A stretch of DNA of 64,000 nucleotides from Minisyncoccia bacterium. Lineage in GTDB: Bacteria > Patescibacteriota > Minisyncoccia > Phycocordibacterales > Phycocordibacteraceae. The notes under the pieces were generated by a model. That model did no database searches. It was not told where the DNA came from and worked only from the letters and a program-made list of their open reading frames with translations. The position numbers were made by a program, and so were the translations under genes. Location: the NCBI GenBank assembly GCA_050011835.1, contig JBEKII010000004.1:8386-72385 (forward strand), written 5' to 3'. This document shows, piece by piece, positions 1-9,325 of this stretch (positions within the stretch are counted from its first letter, which is position 1; every line of letters begins with the position of its first letter).

Positions 1-226
1 ACCCGTTGCAGTCATTTGCCATTGTCGTTTGTTCAGACGAGATTGAAGTTTCTGGCGCACTTGGAGCTAGCGCATTTTCGACAGCAACAAGTGTCGTCTG
101 GTCGACACCAAATGCCTCCAAAACACTGATTATTGCGTTGACTTGATTCTGCGTGAGACCTGCCGCGAATGATACCGATGGAACTATAAAAATCAGAACG
201 GCTAGGAGTGTTGTAATTTTTTTCAT
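1..226 (-). CDS. Partial secreted protein (runs off the window start)
   Basis: Manual translation from ATG at 226: MKKITTLLAVLIFIVPSVSFAAGLTQNQVNAIISVFEAFGVD..., Sec signal peptide; not in the ORF track. Confidence 0.7.
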   Translation of the reverse strand, partial: MKKITTLLAVLIFIVPSVSFAAGLTQNQVNAIISVLEAFGVDQTTLVAVENALAPSAPETSISSEQTTMANDCNG

Positions 227-297
227 AGTAATTTTCATCTCAATCTGTAAATCCTGGAGGTTGCTTTTGTATGAAAACACAAATCCCGCCACCAGGT

Positions 298-417
298 GGG
301 TCTTGCGACCCTACGTAAGTTTCCCTACGCAACGTACGACACGCCCCTGATGACGGGGTTTCTGTGTCGTACGATTTCGAACCATGCCCGCAGGCCATCG
401 CCGGAGGGTTTAGGTTC
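298..417 (-). ncRNA. Candidate structured RNA / 5' leader
   Basis: Minus-strand adjacent hairpins GGGTC-GCAA-GACCC and TGCGTAGG-GAAA-CTTACGTA (GNRA loops), plus a long stem GTACGACAC...GTGTCGTAC (334-372). Confidence 0.4.
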
Positions 418-633
418 TTCTGTTCGGGACTATAGCACGATTTATTATTGCTTGTGTCTTTATGTATTGTTGTGGAAAACCTCTTGCAAGTTTATTTTGA
501 TTTTGATATATTTATATGTGATGCTAGTCCAGCAAGAATTTTTTTCTTGTCGAACCTTGGACTAAGGGTTGAATTCCCTCCGTCTCGTCAGCGGGAAAGA
601 GCCACAGGCTTTTTCTCGTTTAGTCAACAAGAA

Positions 634-660
634 AAGCCTCCGCTCGGAGGTTCTTTTTTT
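634..660 (+). terminator. Rho-independent terminator-like hairpin
   Basis: AAGCCTCCG-CT-CGGAGGTT followed by C and a T7 run. Confidence 0.5.
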
Positions 661-770
661 ATCTAGCCAAAAGTATCCATCACAAAGCCTCGCTTCTTGC
701 TTGGCAGGTTATGGATACGCCTGCTCGGTAAGAAATGGGGCTTCTGCTTTATCACTAAGCGGAATTAGTT

Positions 771-1016
771 ATGCGAAGCATTAAACGGAGATTCTCTAAT
801 CTCCAAAATAAGCGACCAGAATTGAGTAGTCTCATCAACTTCGGAGCCGCAATCAAGAGGCAAGGATTCAGTGTGAACATGATTCATCGTTGGTTCGGGA
901 AATTGGTCGAAACCGACGATTATGAGAAGCGCGACCGGCGGGCGATTTTGCGCCATCTCGTCATTCTCTCAAACCCTGTGAGGACAACGGGAAATGGGGC
1001 AATTTTGCCCTGCTAG
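771..1016 (+). CDS. Small basic hypothetical protein upstream of recombinase
   Basis: ATG-started 81-aa ORF co-oriented with the recombinase. Confidence 0.45.
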   Translation: MRSIKRRFSNLQNKRPELSSLINFGAAIKRQGFSVNMIHRWFGKLVETDDYEKRDRRAILRHLVILSNPVRTTGNGAILPC

Positions 1017-1222
1017 ACGCATGAATAGGGCGTCCGCGACGGATGCTCCACGAATACTCATTGAGGAGCAGTTTCAGTCCGAATCGCCAGTACAAAATGG
1101 CGGTATAATACCTATAGCTAGGTATCGGAAATTGACAGGTGATTTCACCAGTACCGATGCTCGCGTGGTCGAACGCCTACAGTACCTAGAGCAGTTTTGC
1201 CGAGTAATCATACAGACGGAAC

Positions 1223-2899
1223 TTGATAAATATGCAGAGAGGAATCGAAACAAAACACCGAAAAGCATCTAGCGCAACGGACGCGAACGACCTTACCGGC
1301 AGAGTCGGGCTGGTATACGCACGCGTGTCCAGCAAAAAGCAAGAAACGGAAGGTTCAGGTCTTGAAAGTCAGACTGGTCGTTGTTTGAAGGATTTGCTTT
1401 CTATTCGAGTACCACACGCACGCACATTCCTCGACAGTTATTCCGGTGGTGGTGATTTTATGCAACGACCGGCAATGCGAAAACTTTTGGAATTCGTAGA
1501 CGCGAACCCTCACAAGAAATTCCTCGTTGTATTCGACGATCTTTCTCGGTTCGCGCGAGATGTCCAATTCCATCTCAAATTACGAGCAACCTTCAAAGCT
1601 CGTGATGTTTTATTACGCTGTTTGAACTTCAATTTAGATGACAGTCCGGAGGGCGAGATGGTTGAAATTATGATGGCGGCTCAAAATCAGTATCATCGCA
1701 AAAGTAATCGTCGGCAAGTTGTTCAGAAAATGAAAGCTCGGCTAGAATCTGGCTATTGGCCGTTTGCTCGTAAAAGAGGATATACGCTTACTCCAGACCC
1801 TGTGCATCACGTACTCGCGGTTCCAAACGGGGAAAGTAAAATACTCACTTCGGCTCTAGAAGGTTTTGCTAGTGGGAAATTGGTACGGAAAATAGATGTT
1901 GCTCGGTTCCTCGTTGATGGAGGTTTTTGGAAAAAGAAACGACCGCCAGAAAAATATCTTGACCAAGTATCGGTGATTTTGAGCGATTCATTTCTTGCTG
2001 GTTTTGTTGAGTATGCGCCGTGGGAAGTTGAGCGACGACAAGGACACCATCAAGGTCTTATATCGCCTGCCACTTTTGAGATAATTCAAACGCGTCTGCA
2101 CAGAAACATTACCGGAGTACGAATACGAAAAGACACCACCGAGGATTTTCCTATGAGAGGATTAACGCTCTGCACTTGTGGCAAACCTTACACGGCGGCA
2201 TACAGCAAAGGACGATCTAAACGATATGCCTACTATTTTTGTCAGAATAAGTCTTGTGAATTTTATGGTAAAGCCATTCCAAAGAAATCTATTGACGATA
2301 ACTTCGCAAGGGTGCTACAGCGTGGAAAATTGAAGCCGGAGATTGGCAAAGTTGTTGGAGAGGTTTTTGAGGCCGTGTGGAAACAGGCGATAAATAACCT
2401 TGAAAAGCAGGACGACCGTCGTAGGCAAGAAATCGGGAACTTGAATGAAGAATTGCGAGGTCTTACTGAACGCGCCAATAAAGCCAAAAATGACCGAATA
2501 AGAGGGGTCTACGAGAAGCGTATGGAGGAAATCGCCCAGATAATAGAGGACAGCCAAGGGCAAACTACTAACGACGCAGGACACCTATTCACGCCTTATA
2601 GAACCGCTTTAGACAAGGCGACGAAGTTGGTAAAAAGCCCTTATGTTGTTTGGCGGAAATTGGATGCACGCGAAAAGCACGGCCTCTACTTCTTCATTTT
2701 TGACGAGAAAATCGTGTATGCCAAGAATGAGGGATATAGAACCGCAGAAATACCAACAACTGCAAGGTTATTTGAGGAATTTGTTACTGAGAACTCTTCT
2801 TATGTGGGCATGGAGGGATTTGAACCCTCAAGTCTTGCGACATACGCTTCTGAAACGTACGCGTATACCAATTCCGCCACATGCCCGTGCCCCTGGTAG
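1223..2899 (+). CDS. Large serine recombinase (resolvase + recombinase + Zn-ribbon)
   Basis: YARVSS catalytic motif, DDLSRFAR, CTCG...YYFCQNKSC zinc ribbon, coiled coil; the 3' end overlaps tRNA genes antisense. Start may be ATG 1232. Confidence 0.92.
   Translation: MINMQRGIETKHRKASSATDANDLTGRVGLVYARVSSKKQETEGSGLESQTGRCLKDLLSIRVPHARTFLDSYSGGGDFMQRPAMRKLLEFVDANPHKKFLVVFDDLSRFARDVQFHLKLRATFKARDVLLRCLNFNLDDSPEGEMVEIMMAAQNQYHRKSNRRQVVQKMKARLESGYWPFARKRGYTLTPDPVHHVLAVPNGESKILTSALEGFASGKLVRKIDVARFLVDGGFWKKKRPPEKYLDQVSVILSDSFLAGFVEYAPWEVERRQGHHQGLISPATFEIIQTRLHRNITGVRIRKDTTEDFPMRGLTLCTCGKPYTAAYSKGRSKRYAYYFCQNKSCEFYGKAIPKKSIDDNFARVLQRGKLKPEIGKVVGEVFEAVWKQAINNLEKQDDRRRQEIGNLNEELRGLTERANKAKNDRIRGVYEKRMEEIAQIIEDSQGQTTNDAGHLFTPYRTALDKATKLVKSPYVVWRKLDAREKHGLYFFIFDEKIVYAKNEGYRTAEIPTTARLFEEFVTENSSYVGMEGFEPSSLATYASETYAYTNSATCPCPW
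2805..2886 (-). tRNA. tRNA-Leu(CAG)
   Basis: GGGCATGTGGCGGAATTGGTATACGCG TACGT-TTCAGAA-GCGTA, long variable arm, GGTTCAAATCC; no encoded CCA. Confidence 0.92.
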
Positions 2900-2959
2900 G
2901 AATCGAACCTACATAACTGGCTTAGAAGTCCAGTGTTCTATCCATTGAACTACAGAGGC
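2888..2959 (-). tRNA. tRNA-Arg(TCT)
   Basis: GCCTCTGTAGTTCAATGGATAGAACA CTGGA-CTTCTAA-GCCAG ... GGTTCGATTCC. Confidence 0.92.
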
Positions 2960-2992
2960 GATGCACTCCCTCTACCCTAACTCATACCGGCA

Positions 2993-3304
2993 CTATTGCG
3001 AAGGGTCGGTGAAACTATACGTTCCTGTCTCGTACTTTTCTTCCTCGGCCGCACGGTTGGCGAAGATGGTGTGAATCGTATCGAGTGATGACTGACTGAA
3101 GACGGGAGGCGTGCTGGTTGCAGAAGAGCCGATGACACCGCCCGAGATAACGGTATCGAAAGCCCATACATTCCAAACGATGATGCCAACGAGAGCTATC
3201 GCCGAAAATGTAAGTAACGAGAGCCAGTCGCGCACCGGCTCAAGACGCGCACCATAATGTAAGCGTTTTGAGAAAGAAAAGATGCTGATAAAAATATTTT
3301 TCAT
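2993..3304 (-). CDS. Single-TM hypothetical protein in pil operon
   Basis: One TM helix; last gene of the PilM-N-O-like operon with overlapping start/stop. Confidence 0.7.
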   Translation of the reverse strand: MKNIFISIFSFSKRLHYGARLEPVRDWLSLLTFSAIALVGIIVWNVWAFDTVISGGVIGSSATSTPPVFSQSSLDTIHTIFANRAAEEEKYETGTYSFTDPSQ

Positions 3305-3825
3305 GGGGTGCCTGTTGCCGTACTCACGGACCCGACAAGAAGGTTGAGGTCAGCATGCCAACTGTTTTTGTCATCCTGCGCAAGTGAAATGTTAGAGATG
3401 GAGAGGTCATACGGTGCATATTCAATTGCACCAACGGTACGCATCACCGCATTGAATGTTCCTTTGATGGTAAGTGAGAGGAGAAGCGTTGACTGCTTGC
3501 CGATAGAACCCGTAGAGACGGAGAGAACACTTACGATAGCTCTGAGTGATTTTCCTTGCGCTTCAAGTCCGTCAATGAAAGAGACCACGCTAGTTCCCGG
3601 AACAAAATACCCCTGCAACGCAGCCTCATCTTCTGTAATCTCGGCAAATGCCGTTTGGGCGGAAACGATCTGATTTACCGTTTCCGTTTTCGCGGTGATT
3701 TCGCTCTGCAAATTTGCAACTACAGCGCTTTCATGTGCGATAGTGGTATACCAAAATCCATAACCGATAAGGGCGGCAATGGCTACCATGAGTGCAATAA
3801 TAAAATGGAAGAAGTGAGATTTCAT
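3301..3825 (-). CDS. PilO-like pilus assembly protein
   Basis: N-terminal TM, coiled coil, 'LSLTIKGTFNAVMRTVGAIE' PilO-like motif; synteny with pilM. Confidence 0.65.
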   Translation of the reverse strand: MKSHFFHFIIALMVAIAALIGYGFWYTTIAHESAVVANLQSEITAKTETVNQIVSAQTAFAEITEDEAALQGYFVPGTSVVSFIDGLEAQGKSLRAIVSVLSVSTGSIGKQSTLLLSLTIKGTFNAVMRTVGAIEYAPYDLSISNISLAQDDKNSWHADLNLLVGSVSTATGTP

Positions 3826-4382
3826 GGCGCAAGAGTCACGGTAATAGTGAATGAGATATTAGTATCTTGGGCATACACAGAAACCGGCAAATTTGCCGAA
3901 AGGGCAAGTGGCGCACTTTGGAGTGCGAGCTGATAGCTGCGTAAGGCATCACGCGTTGCTGCTATACCAGAAATCGCCAGCGTATTTTGATTCTTGCTTG
4001 TGTTCGCAACAGGAGAATAGGCAAAACCGGAAAGGGTGATGCCCGGACGCGGAATCGCGAGAACGGCGCGCATAATCGCGCCTACCGAGGGCGCGTTGGC
4101 AAGCGCGGATAACGTCGCGGCACTATCAGAAAGCGCGGCAAGCTGTGCGGAAAACGCCGCTTCGTCGGAAGAAGTAACGGCGGATTCAACGTTTGCGAGA
4201 TGTTGCTGCTGCGCACTGGCATTCTCCGCGAGAAAGACGTACGTCGGAAGAAGAAGCCCCGCGGCGATGAGTGTCAGCACAATCACAAGAAGTGCGGCAA
4301 CGACACCAAGGCGCATGAAGTAATCGCGGTGGAGCGCGCGCTGGCGTTCTTGGGGGAGCAAATTGGTCAGTTCGCTACGCAT
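3822..4382 (-). CDS. PilN-like pilus assembly protein
   Basis: 'TNLLP' motif, TM helix, 'ISGIAATRDAL'; likely start ATG 4382. Confidence 0.7.
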   Translation of the reverse strand: MRSELTNLLPQERQRALHRDYFMRLGVVAALLVIVLTLIAAGLLLPTYVFLAENASAQQQHLANVESAVTSSDEAAFSAQLAALSDSAATLSALANAPSVGAIMRAVLAIPRPGITLSGFAYSPVANTSKNQNTLAISGIAATRDALRSYQLALQSAPLALSANLPVSVYAQDTNISFTITVTLAP

Positions 4383-5472
4383 ACGGTTGAGTATAATTGT
4401 AAAGTGCGAGACCGATCGCCGTTGCGTATGCGAGCGATTCGTTGTAGTCAAGCGATGGAATCCACACATCGCGCGAAGACAGATTAGTGAAGACATCGCC
4501 AACCTCAACGGGGATTTTTAATGTTCCTTCCAAATATTCGGGGAGCCCGCGCACTGAAGCGTTGCCGCCGGCGAGAATGGCATACGATACCGGTTCATGC
4601 CCTCCACTTCGTGCCACTTTCCCTTGCCAATAGTCAAGCCGGCGTGAGATCTCATCGCGGATCGCAGAAGCCGTTGAAAGCATCGCCGCGAGGTAATCCT
4701 CGTTCCCGGGTACGGGAACAATTCCGCGCTCGGACTTCACTCTACGCGCCTCGGTCTCCGTAACGCCAAAGTACTTCTGCACGGCGAGCGTCAGCGCGTG
4801 ACCGCCGATACCGATTGTCGTAGCGAAACGCGGTATGCGCCCCGCGACAATGGATATTTTCGTCGTCGTCTTGCCAATATCAATGATGAGCACCGTGGAC
4901 GTATCCCCACGGGGAAGAAGCGCACGCGCTGTCGCGAATGTCTCTCCCTCGAGCACACGCACCGGGAGAGGTACCTGGTCAAATGCCGAGAGCACGTCGT
5001 CAACGACACGGCGCGCGAAACCGACACCCGCGATAAGAACATTGCCTTGTTCTCCCCTCCCCACTTCAATGATATCGAAATCTGTTTCAGATGGCGGCAA
5101 CGGTATCAGTTCGTCAAGATGCTGTTCAACCATGACGCGCCATTCGGCGACATTGGTGCCGGAAGCCGTGGTTTCAAAGAGAAACGACTTCGGTTCCGGC
5201 AGCGCGGCATTGACAACAGAAATATTAGCTGCCTTCGCGGCGGCGGAAAGCGCCTGGACGACGGCAGTTTTGTCAACTATCTCACCGTTAGTAAATGCGC
5301 CTGCTGATAACCATGTTTCCGCATAACTCGCGAGCGTGAGCCCTCGAGAATCTTCGGCGAGACGTACTGCCTTGACGCCGCTTGTAGAGAGGTCAATTCC
5401 GGAAAGCGGGAGCGTAAGATACCGTGGCGGTGCAAATAAAGTATGTAGGCGCTCACCAGAAGCGGAAGACAT
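4375..5472 (-). CDS. pilM: Type IV pilus assembly ATPase-like PilM
   Basis: GIDLS...VKAV, IIDIGKTTT, ILAGGNA, ATAIGLAL actin-like motifs. Confidence 0.88.
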   Translation of the reverse strand: MSSASGERLHTLFAPPRYLTLPLSGIDLSTSGVKAVRLAEDSRGLTLASYAETWLSAGAFTNGEIVDKTAVVQALSAAAKAANISVVNAALPEPKSFLFETTASGTNVAEWRVMVEQHLDELIPLPPSETDFDIIEVGRGEQGNVLIAGVGFARRVVDDVLSAFDQVPLPVRVLEGETFATARALLPRGDTSTVLIIDIGKTTTKISIVAGRIPRFATTIGIGGHALTLAVQKYFGVTETEARRVKSERGIVPVPGNEDYLAAMLSTASAIRDEISRRLDYWQGKVARSGGHEPVSYAILAGGNASVRGLPEYLEGTLKIPVEVGDVFTNLSSRDVWIPSLDYNESLAYATAIGLALYNYTQPYA

Positions 5473-5520
5473 AAATAGAGTATAACGCGTTTGTCCTTCA
5501 GTTGACGGACAGACGCGCGC

Positions 5521-5862
5521 TTAATGTGCACTCGTTCCGGGCGAAACTTTCCTATCCGGCACTAAAAATGCGAATGATTCTCCCTCGCCAACCGCGAAAA
5601 GCATTCCGTCTGATTCAAATCCGCGTATCGTGCGCGGTTCAAGATTTGTCACAAAAGCGAATTGCCGATTAAGAAGAGATTCGGGTTCAGAGACGTACGC
5701 CGCAATGCCGGAAATAATTTGGCGCGGGCCGTTTTCTTCATTGAAATCAACAATGAGACGCAAGAGTTTCTCCGTTTCGGGTACGCGCTCTGCAGAGCGC
5801 ACCGTGCCAATTTTCACTTCTATCTTATCAAATTCATCAAGAGAAATGCGAGGGTTATCCAT
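5521..5862 (-). CDS. tRNA-binding OB-fold protein (MetRS C-terminal/Trbp111-like)
   Basis: ISLDEFDKIEVKIGTV...RQIISGI...NLEPRTIRGFESDGM; start ATG 5862. Confidence 0.85.
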   Translation of the reverse strand: MDNPRISLDEFDKIEVKIGTVRSAERVPETEKLLRLIVDFNEENGPRQIISGIAAYVSEPESLLNRQFAFVTNLEPRTIRGFESDGMLFAVGEGESFAFLVPDRKVSPGTSAH

Positions 5863-6274
5863 GTCTTGTCCGCGAGAGATAGCTGGTAAGGATAAGCGCG
5901 GCGGCGGAGTCATCCACATTTGCGCGCGCCTTGGGCGCGCGCGATGGACGCTTCTGCTTATCGGCAGGTAGGCGACGCGCCTCGGTGCTCGTGAAGATTT
6001 CTGACTCATAGAATACGGGAACGCCCGCGCGCTCGGCGAGTAGTTCGCCGAATGCACGAGCATCTTTTGCAATTGGATTTTCTCCCCCGGCGAGATTCCG
6101 CGACTCTCCTATAACGACCGCGCCAACCTTCTCGCGCGCAATAAGTGTGCACATTTCACCGACAAGCCGCGGCATATTTTTCACGATAGAATGGGGAAAC
6201 CCCATCGTGCCCGCTTCGTCCGAGAGCGCGATGCCTACTCTTTTGCTCCCATAATCAATTCCTACATATCGCAT
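5855..6274 (-). CDS. ruvX: YqgF/RuvX family nuclease
   Basis: MRYVGIDYGSKRVGIALSD...DDSAAALIL. Confidence 0.9.
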   Translation of the reverse strand: MRYVGIDYGSKRVGIALSDEAGTMGFPHSIVKNMPRLVGEMCTLIAREKVGAVVIGESRNLAGGENPIAKDARAFGELLAERAGVPVFYESEIFTSTEARRLPADKQKRPSRAPKARANVDDSAAALILTSYLSRTRHG

Positions 6275-6305
6275 ATACAGAAAGTGTATGGTATGATGCG
6301 CAGAT

Positions 6306-6605
6306 ATGCACGCATTCACACCATTCTATTCCCCGTTCACGCTTGGATTTATGAGCATTTTTGCTCCACTCGTTCTTATCGTGGTGCTTTGGACCGTCAT
6401 CTTAAAAGGGTACGCGCTCTGGCACGCCGCACGCGGGAACCAAAAATGGTGGTTCGTCGCACTTCTTATCATCAATACGCTCGGCATCCTCGAAATCATT
6501 TATCTCATTTGGTTTCGTCCGAGCGCTTCCAATACTCATCACGATATACATTCCCCGCATTCACACTCGCATACGCCTGCGCACGAATCATCAGAGCAGG
6601 TGTAA
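6306..6605 (+). CDS. Small membrane protein (DUF5652-like)
   Basis: LWTVILKGYALWHAAR..QKWWF...NTLGILEIIY; His-rich tail. Confidence 0.75.
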   Translation: MHAFTPFYSPFTLGFMSIFAPLVLIVVLWTVILKGYALWHAARGNQKWWFVALLIINTLGILEIIYLIWFRPSASNTHHDIHSPHSHSHTPAHESSEQV

Positions 6606-6610
6606 TGTCG

Positions 6611-6695
6611 GGAGGAGTCGCATAGTGGTTTAGTGCAGCGGTCTTGAAAACCGCCGTGCCGCAAGGCACCGTGAGTTCGAATCTCACCTCCTCCG
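6611..6695 (+). tRNA. tRNA-Ser(TGA)
   Basis: GGAGGAGTCGCATAGTGG...GCGGT-CTTGAAA-ACCGC, long variable arm, GTTCGAATC. Confidence 0.95.
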
Positions 6696-6843
6696 CAGGC
6701 TAGGGCGTCAGTGTTTATCAACCTTTTTCTATCGTCACCGCAAAGAGATTCGAACTTTTCGATGGTGCCAGGGCGACCGATGGGGCTGGACGGGATGTTC
6801 AAAGGTGTAGAGCATAGAAAAAAGAGCCGTCCTTGCGGACGAC

Positions 6844-7467
6844 TCACCAAGATAACCACTTCGTCTTGAATCTCGGCTTGAGACTTTTGATAGGGAACGG
6901 ACTCTCGTTTTTAACTAGCTTAAACACGACAAAGTGTAAGTGATCGCGGTCGGTCCATCCTGTCTTCCCAACAACGGCTATCTGTTGTCCTCGATTCACT
7001 CGTGAGCCGATGCGCAGATTGTTCTTTGCAACGGAGAACTGACCAAGATGACAGTATTGAGTGTATTCACCACTGTCGTGCTCGATAGTTATGTAGTTGA
7101 GGTAGTCTCGAAACTCCTCAGTCGGGCCCCACTGCTGAGAATGGTTTTGTACCTCTATAACCATTCCTTTCGCTGCGGCAAGCACCGAGGTACCATCAGG
7201 TACCAAGAAGTCGATGGCTTCTGCAAAGCAACTGATATGTGATCCTGGGCTTTTTGCGCAAAAGAAGTGTCTAAGACGGTAGATTTCGTCCGGTGGAATT
7301 CCAATTGACAATCGTTCCCCCTCCTTTCTTGCAATAGCGGATTTAATGCGAAGAGGGTAGATGTAACTGCCCAAGCTCGTTTCTCCGTCCCAAAGCGGAC
7401 TAGCGGCCCATTTTCCAAGATCCTTTATATCCATGTCTCTAAACCTCCCACGTTCAGTTTTTTCCAT
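6844..7467 (-). CDS. M23 family metallopeptidase
   Basis: H..(F)AEAIDF...GTSVLAAAKG, YCHL, VGKTG..DRDHLHF. Confidence 0.88.
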   Translation of the reverse strand: MEKTERGRFRDMDIKDLGKWAASPLWDGETSLGSYIYPLRIKSAIARKEGERLSIGIPPDEIYRLRHFFCAKSPGSHISCFAEAIDFLVPDGTSVLAAAKGMVIEVQNHSQQWGPTEEFRDYLNYITIEHDSGEYTQYCHLGQFSVAKNNLRIGSRVNRGQQIAVVGKTGWTDRDHLHFVVFKLVKNESPFPIKSLKPRFKTKWLSW

Positions 7468-7567
7468 CCTTAGTTATTAACACGCAGTTTTCATTCGAAG
7501 TTGCTTAGCTCTCGCTGAGTAGAGGATGTTTGAACCTGTTTGGTATAGAAAGCCGCCAACAAAGCGA

Positions 7568-7996
7568 CTAGGATCTGATAACCCCAAGACTTTCAAAAAC
7601 TCGAAATACTCCCCGTCTACCCTCAATCGCATCTTTAAGACGTATCCTCATGTTAGGAGAAAAAGGTTCTGGTAGATTGGGAGATGGGAAAAAGCCAAGT
7701 TCCGCAATTTCTTGATTTGGAGAACCGAGGTTGAATTCCTTTGTTTTAGCTTGAAATAGAAGGACTATGTCATCGCGATAAGTTGCCCAATACGTTCCAA
7801 TGAGATCACCCACCTCTACCGTTAGTCCTGTCTCCTCATATACCTCACGTATCACAGTAGCCCGGGGATCTTCACCTGCTTCGATACTGCCGCCCGGCAG
7901 TGACCAGAGCTTCTGATCGTAATTTTGCCTAACGCAAAGTATTTTTCCTTCGTTGTCAGTGACATATGCAAAAGCACCTGCTGTTTTTGTTCTCAT
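7568..7996 (-). CDS. NUDIX hydrolase
   Basis: Nudix box PGGSIEAGEDPRATVIREVYEETGL. Confidence 0.92.
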   Translation of the reverse strand: MRTKTAGAFAYVTDNEGKILCVRQNYDQKLWSLPGGSIEAGEDPRATVIREVYEETGLTVEVGDLIGTYWATYRDDIVLLFQAKTKEFNLGSPNQEIAELGFFPSPNLPEPFSPNMRIRLKDAIEGRRGVFRVFESLGVIRS

Positions 7997-8130
7997 CTTT
8001 TAGGGTAATAAACCTAAAATGGTTATATCATAAAAATCAAAAAACCTGTCAGTTGAGCTGGCTGGAGGATGTTCAAGTCTGCATATAAACAGAAGACCAC
8101 CGGACGGCAGCCTTCCGTTGGTGGTCGGGG

Positions 8131-8478
8131 TTATTCACCCGTGCTGATCAGATGGATTCGGTCGCCGACTTCTTCGTAAATCTTATTAGCTGGCGACCTC
8201 ACGAGATCGAAATTTCTCAATTCGGAGTGCTGGCGATAAATCTCCGGCACGCTTAGCCTTCGGGAAATATTACCAATCCGCAGCCCAAGGCTTCGACCTG
8301 AACAAGGAAACAAATGCTCATTCACTTCCGCAATCTCGCCCATCGTGACGGGTCTTGCGGGATGTAATTGACGCCCCCTAGCACAAATGGCGACAATCAC
8401 TGAAATAGGAAATGTACGCTCCCATCCTTTTTGAGCAAACATGAGAACCTCCTTTTCAATTTTATGGCTCGATGACAA
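8131..8478 (-). CDS. Hypothetical protein
   Basis: ORF followed by a terminator-like hairpin (8095-8126); start uncertain. Confidence 0.45.
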   Translation of the reverse strand: MSSSHKIEKEVLMFAQKGWERTFPISVIVAICARGRQLHPARPVTMGEIAEVNEHLFPCSGRSLGLRIGNISRRLSVPEIYRQHSELRNFDLVRSPANKIYEEVGDRIHLISTGE

Positions 8479-8701
8479 AGAGCCGTTTTACTTCCGGATA
8501 GACCCTAGCATCTAAGTAATGCGTTCGTCAATGAACCGCTTTCTGAGAAACTCTCGAGGATTCAAATCAAATATTCGAAATAAAATCATGAGGTTTTAAG
8601 CCATATGGCGCTAGAGCGACCGACTCAGTTCGAATACTACTGCCTCCGCTCTATCACACGCAAAAGTCTTGGCGCGTCACTCACAATGCACTTTTAAAAT
8701 A

Positions 8702-9244
8702 TCAGGGCAACAGAACAGCGGCGGCGATGACGGTTGTCCAGTGTCCGTCCTTATTCCCTTCCGCAGATTGCGTAATGTTCATTGTTTTAAAAATATGTCC
8801 TGACTGCTTGTATACCTGTTCCCTCTCAACCCATGCGGAGTCGGAGTTGAATTCAACGCCAAGCGTTGTCGCGAGCATCGTTGCTGCAAGGTCTTCCGCA
8901 TATTCTCCAGAAACCTCGCCCTTTTCCCCAAATGCGTGATGTTCAGAAAGGTACCCGTAATTGTTATTGTCGGTTGGGATTGCCAATCCAATAGAAGCGG
9001 AGACGAGGCGGTTTGGCTCGTTTGTTTCACTTCTCGCCATAACGCAAAAAGTTATCTGTCCTGGATGAAGCGCTTCCAACCCTTTTTCTTTTGAAATAAT
9101 TTCCGCCCTTGGAGGAAAAATGCTTGAGACATATACCAAATTGCATTTTTCAATGCCGGCACTTCGGAGCGCCAATTCAAAGCTGGCGAGCCTATCTTTA
9201 TGCACACCAGACCCTTTCGTTAAAAATACTTTTGTCGCGATCAT
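8702..9244 (-). CDS. Pyruvoyl-dependent arginine decarboxylase (PdaD/AaxB family)
   Basis: [18 protein letters not shown]...[11 protein letters not shown] self-cleavage SS motif. Confidence 0.9.
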   Translation of the reverse strand: MIATKVFLTKGSGVHKDRLASFELALRSAGIEKCNLVYVSSIFPPRAEIISKEKGLEALHPGQITFCVMARSETNEPNRLVSASIGLAIPTDNNNYGYLSEHHAFGEKGEVSGEYAEDLAATMLATTLGVEFNSDSAWVEREQVYKQSGHIFKTMNITQSAEGNKDGHWTTVIAAAVLLP

Positions 9245-9325
9245 GATATTTTTATTTTTTTATTTGCAATGAGTACGACCAGTATACGCGCACCTTCGCT
9301 GTTATGCGAGTGGTATAATTCCCTC

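Larger units (their letters stand above)
1..2804. mobile_element. End of an integrative element at the tRNA-Leu 3' end
   Basis: Serine recombinase abutting and overlapping the tRNA-Leu 3' end; the other boundary lies outside the window. Confidence 0.55.
6696..8649. mobile_element. Integrase-less islet at tRNA-Ser (3 cargo genes)
   Basis: Degenerate copy of the tRNA 3' end at 8627-8649 (18/23 identical to 6674-6696); GCTAGnGC motif at both ends. Confidence 0.65.
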
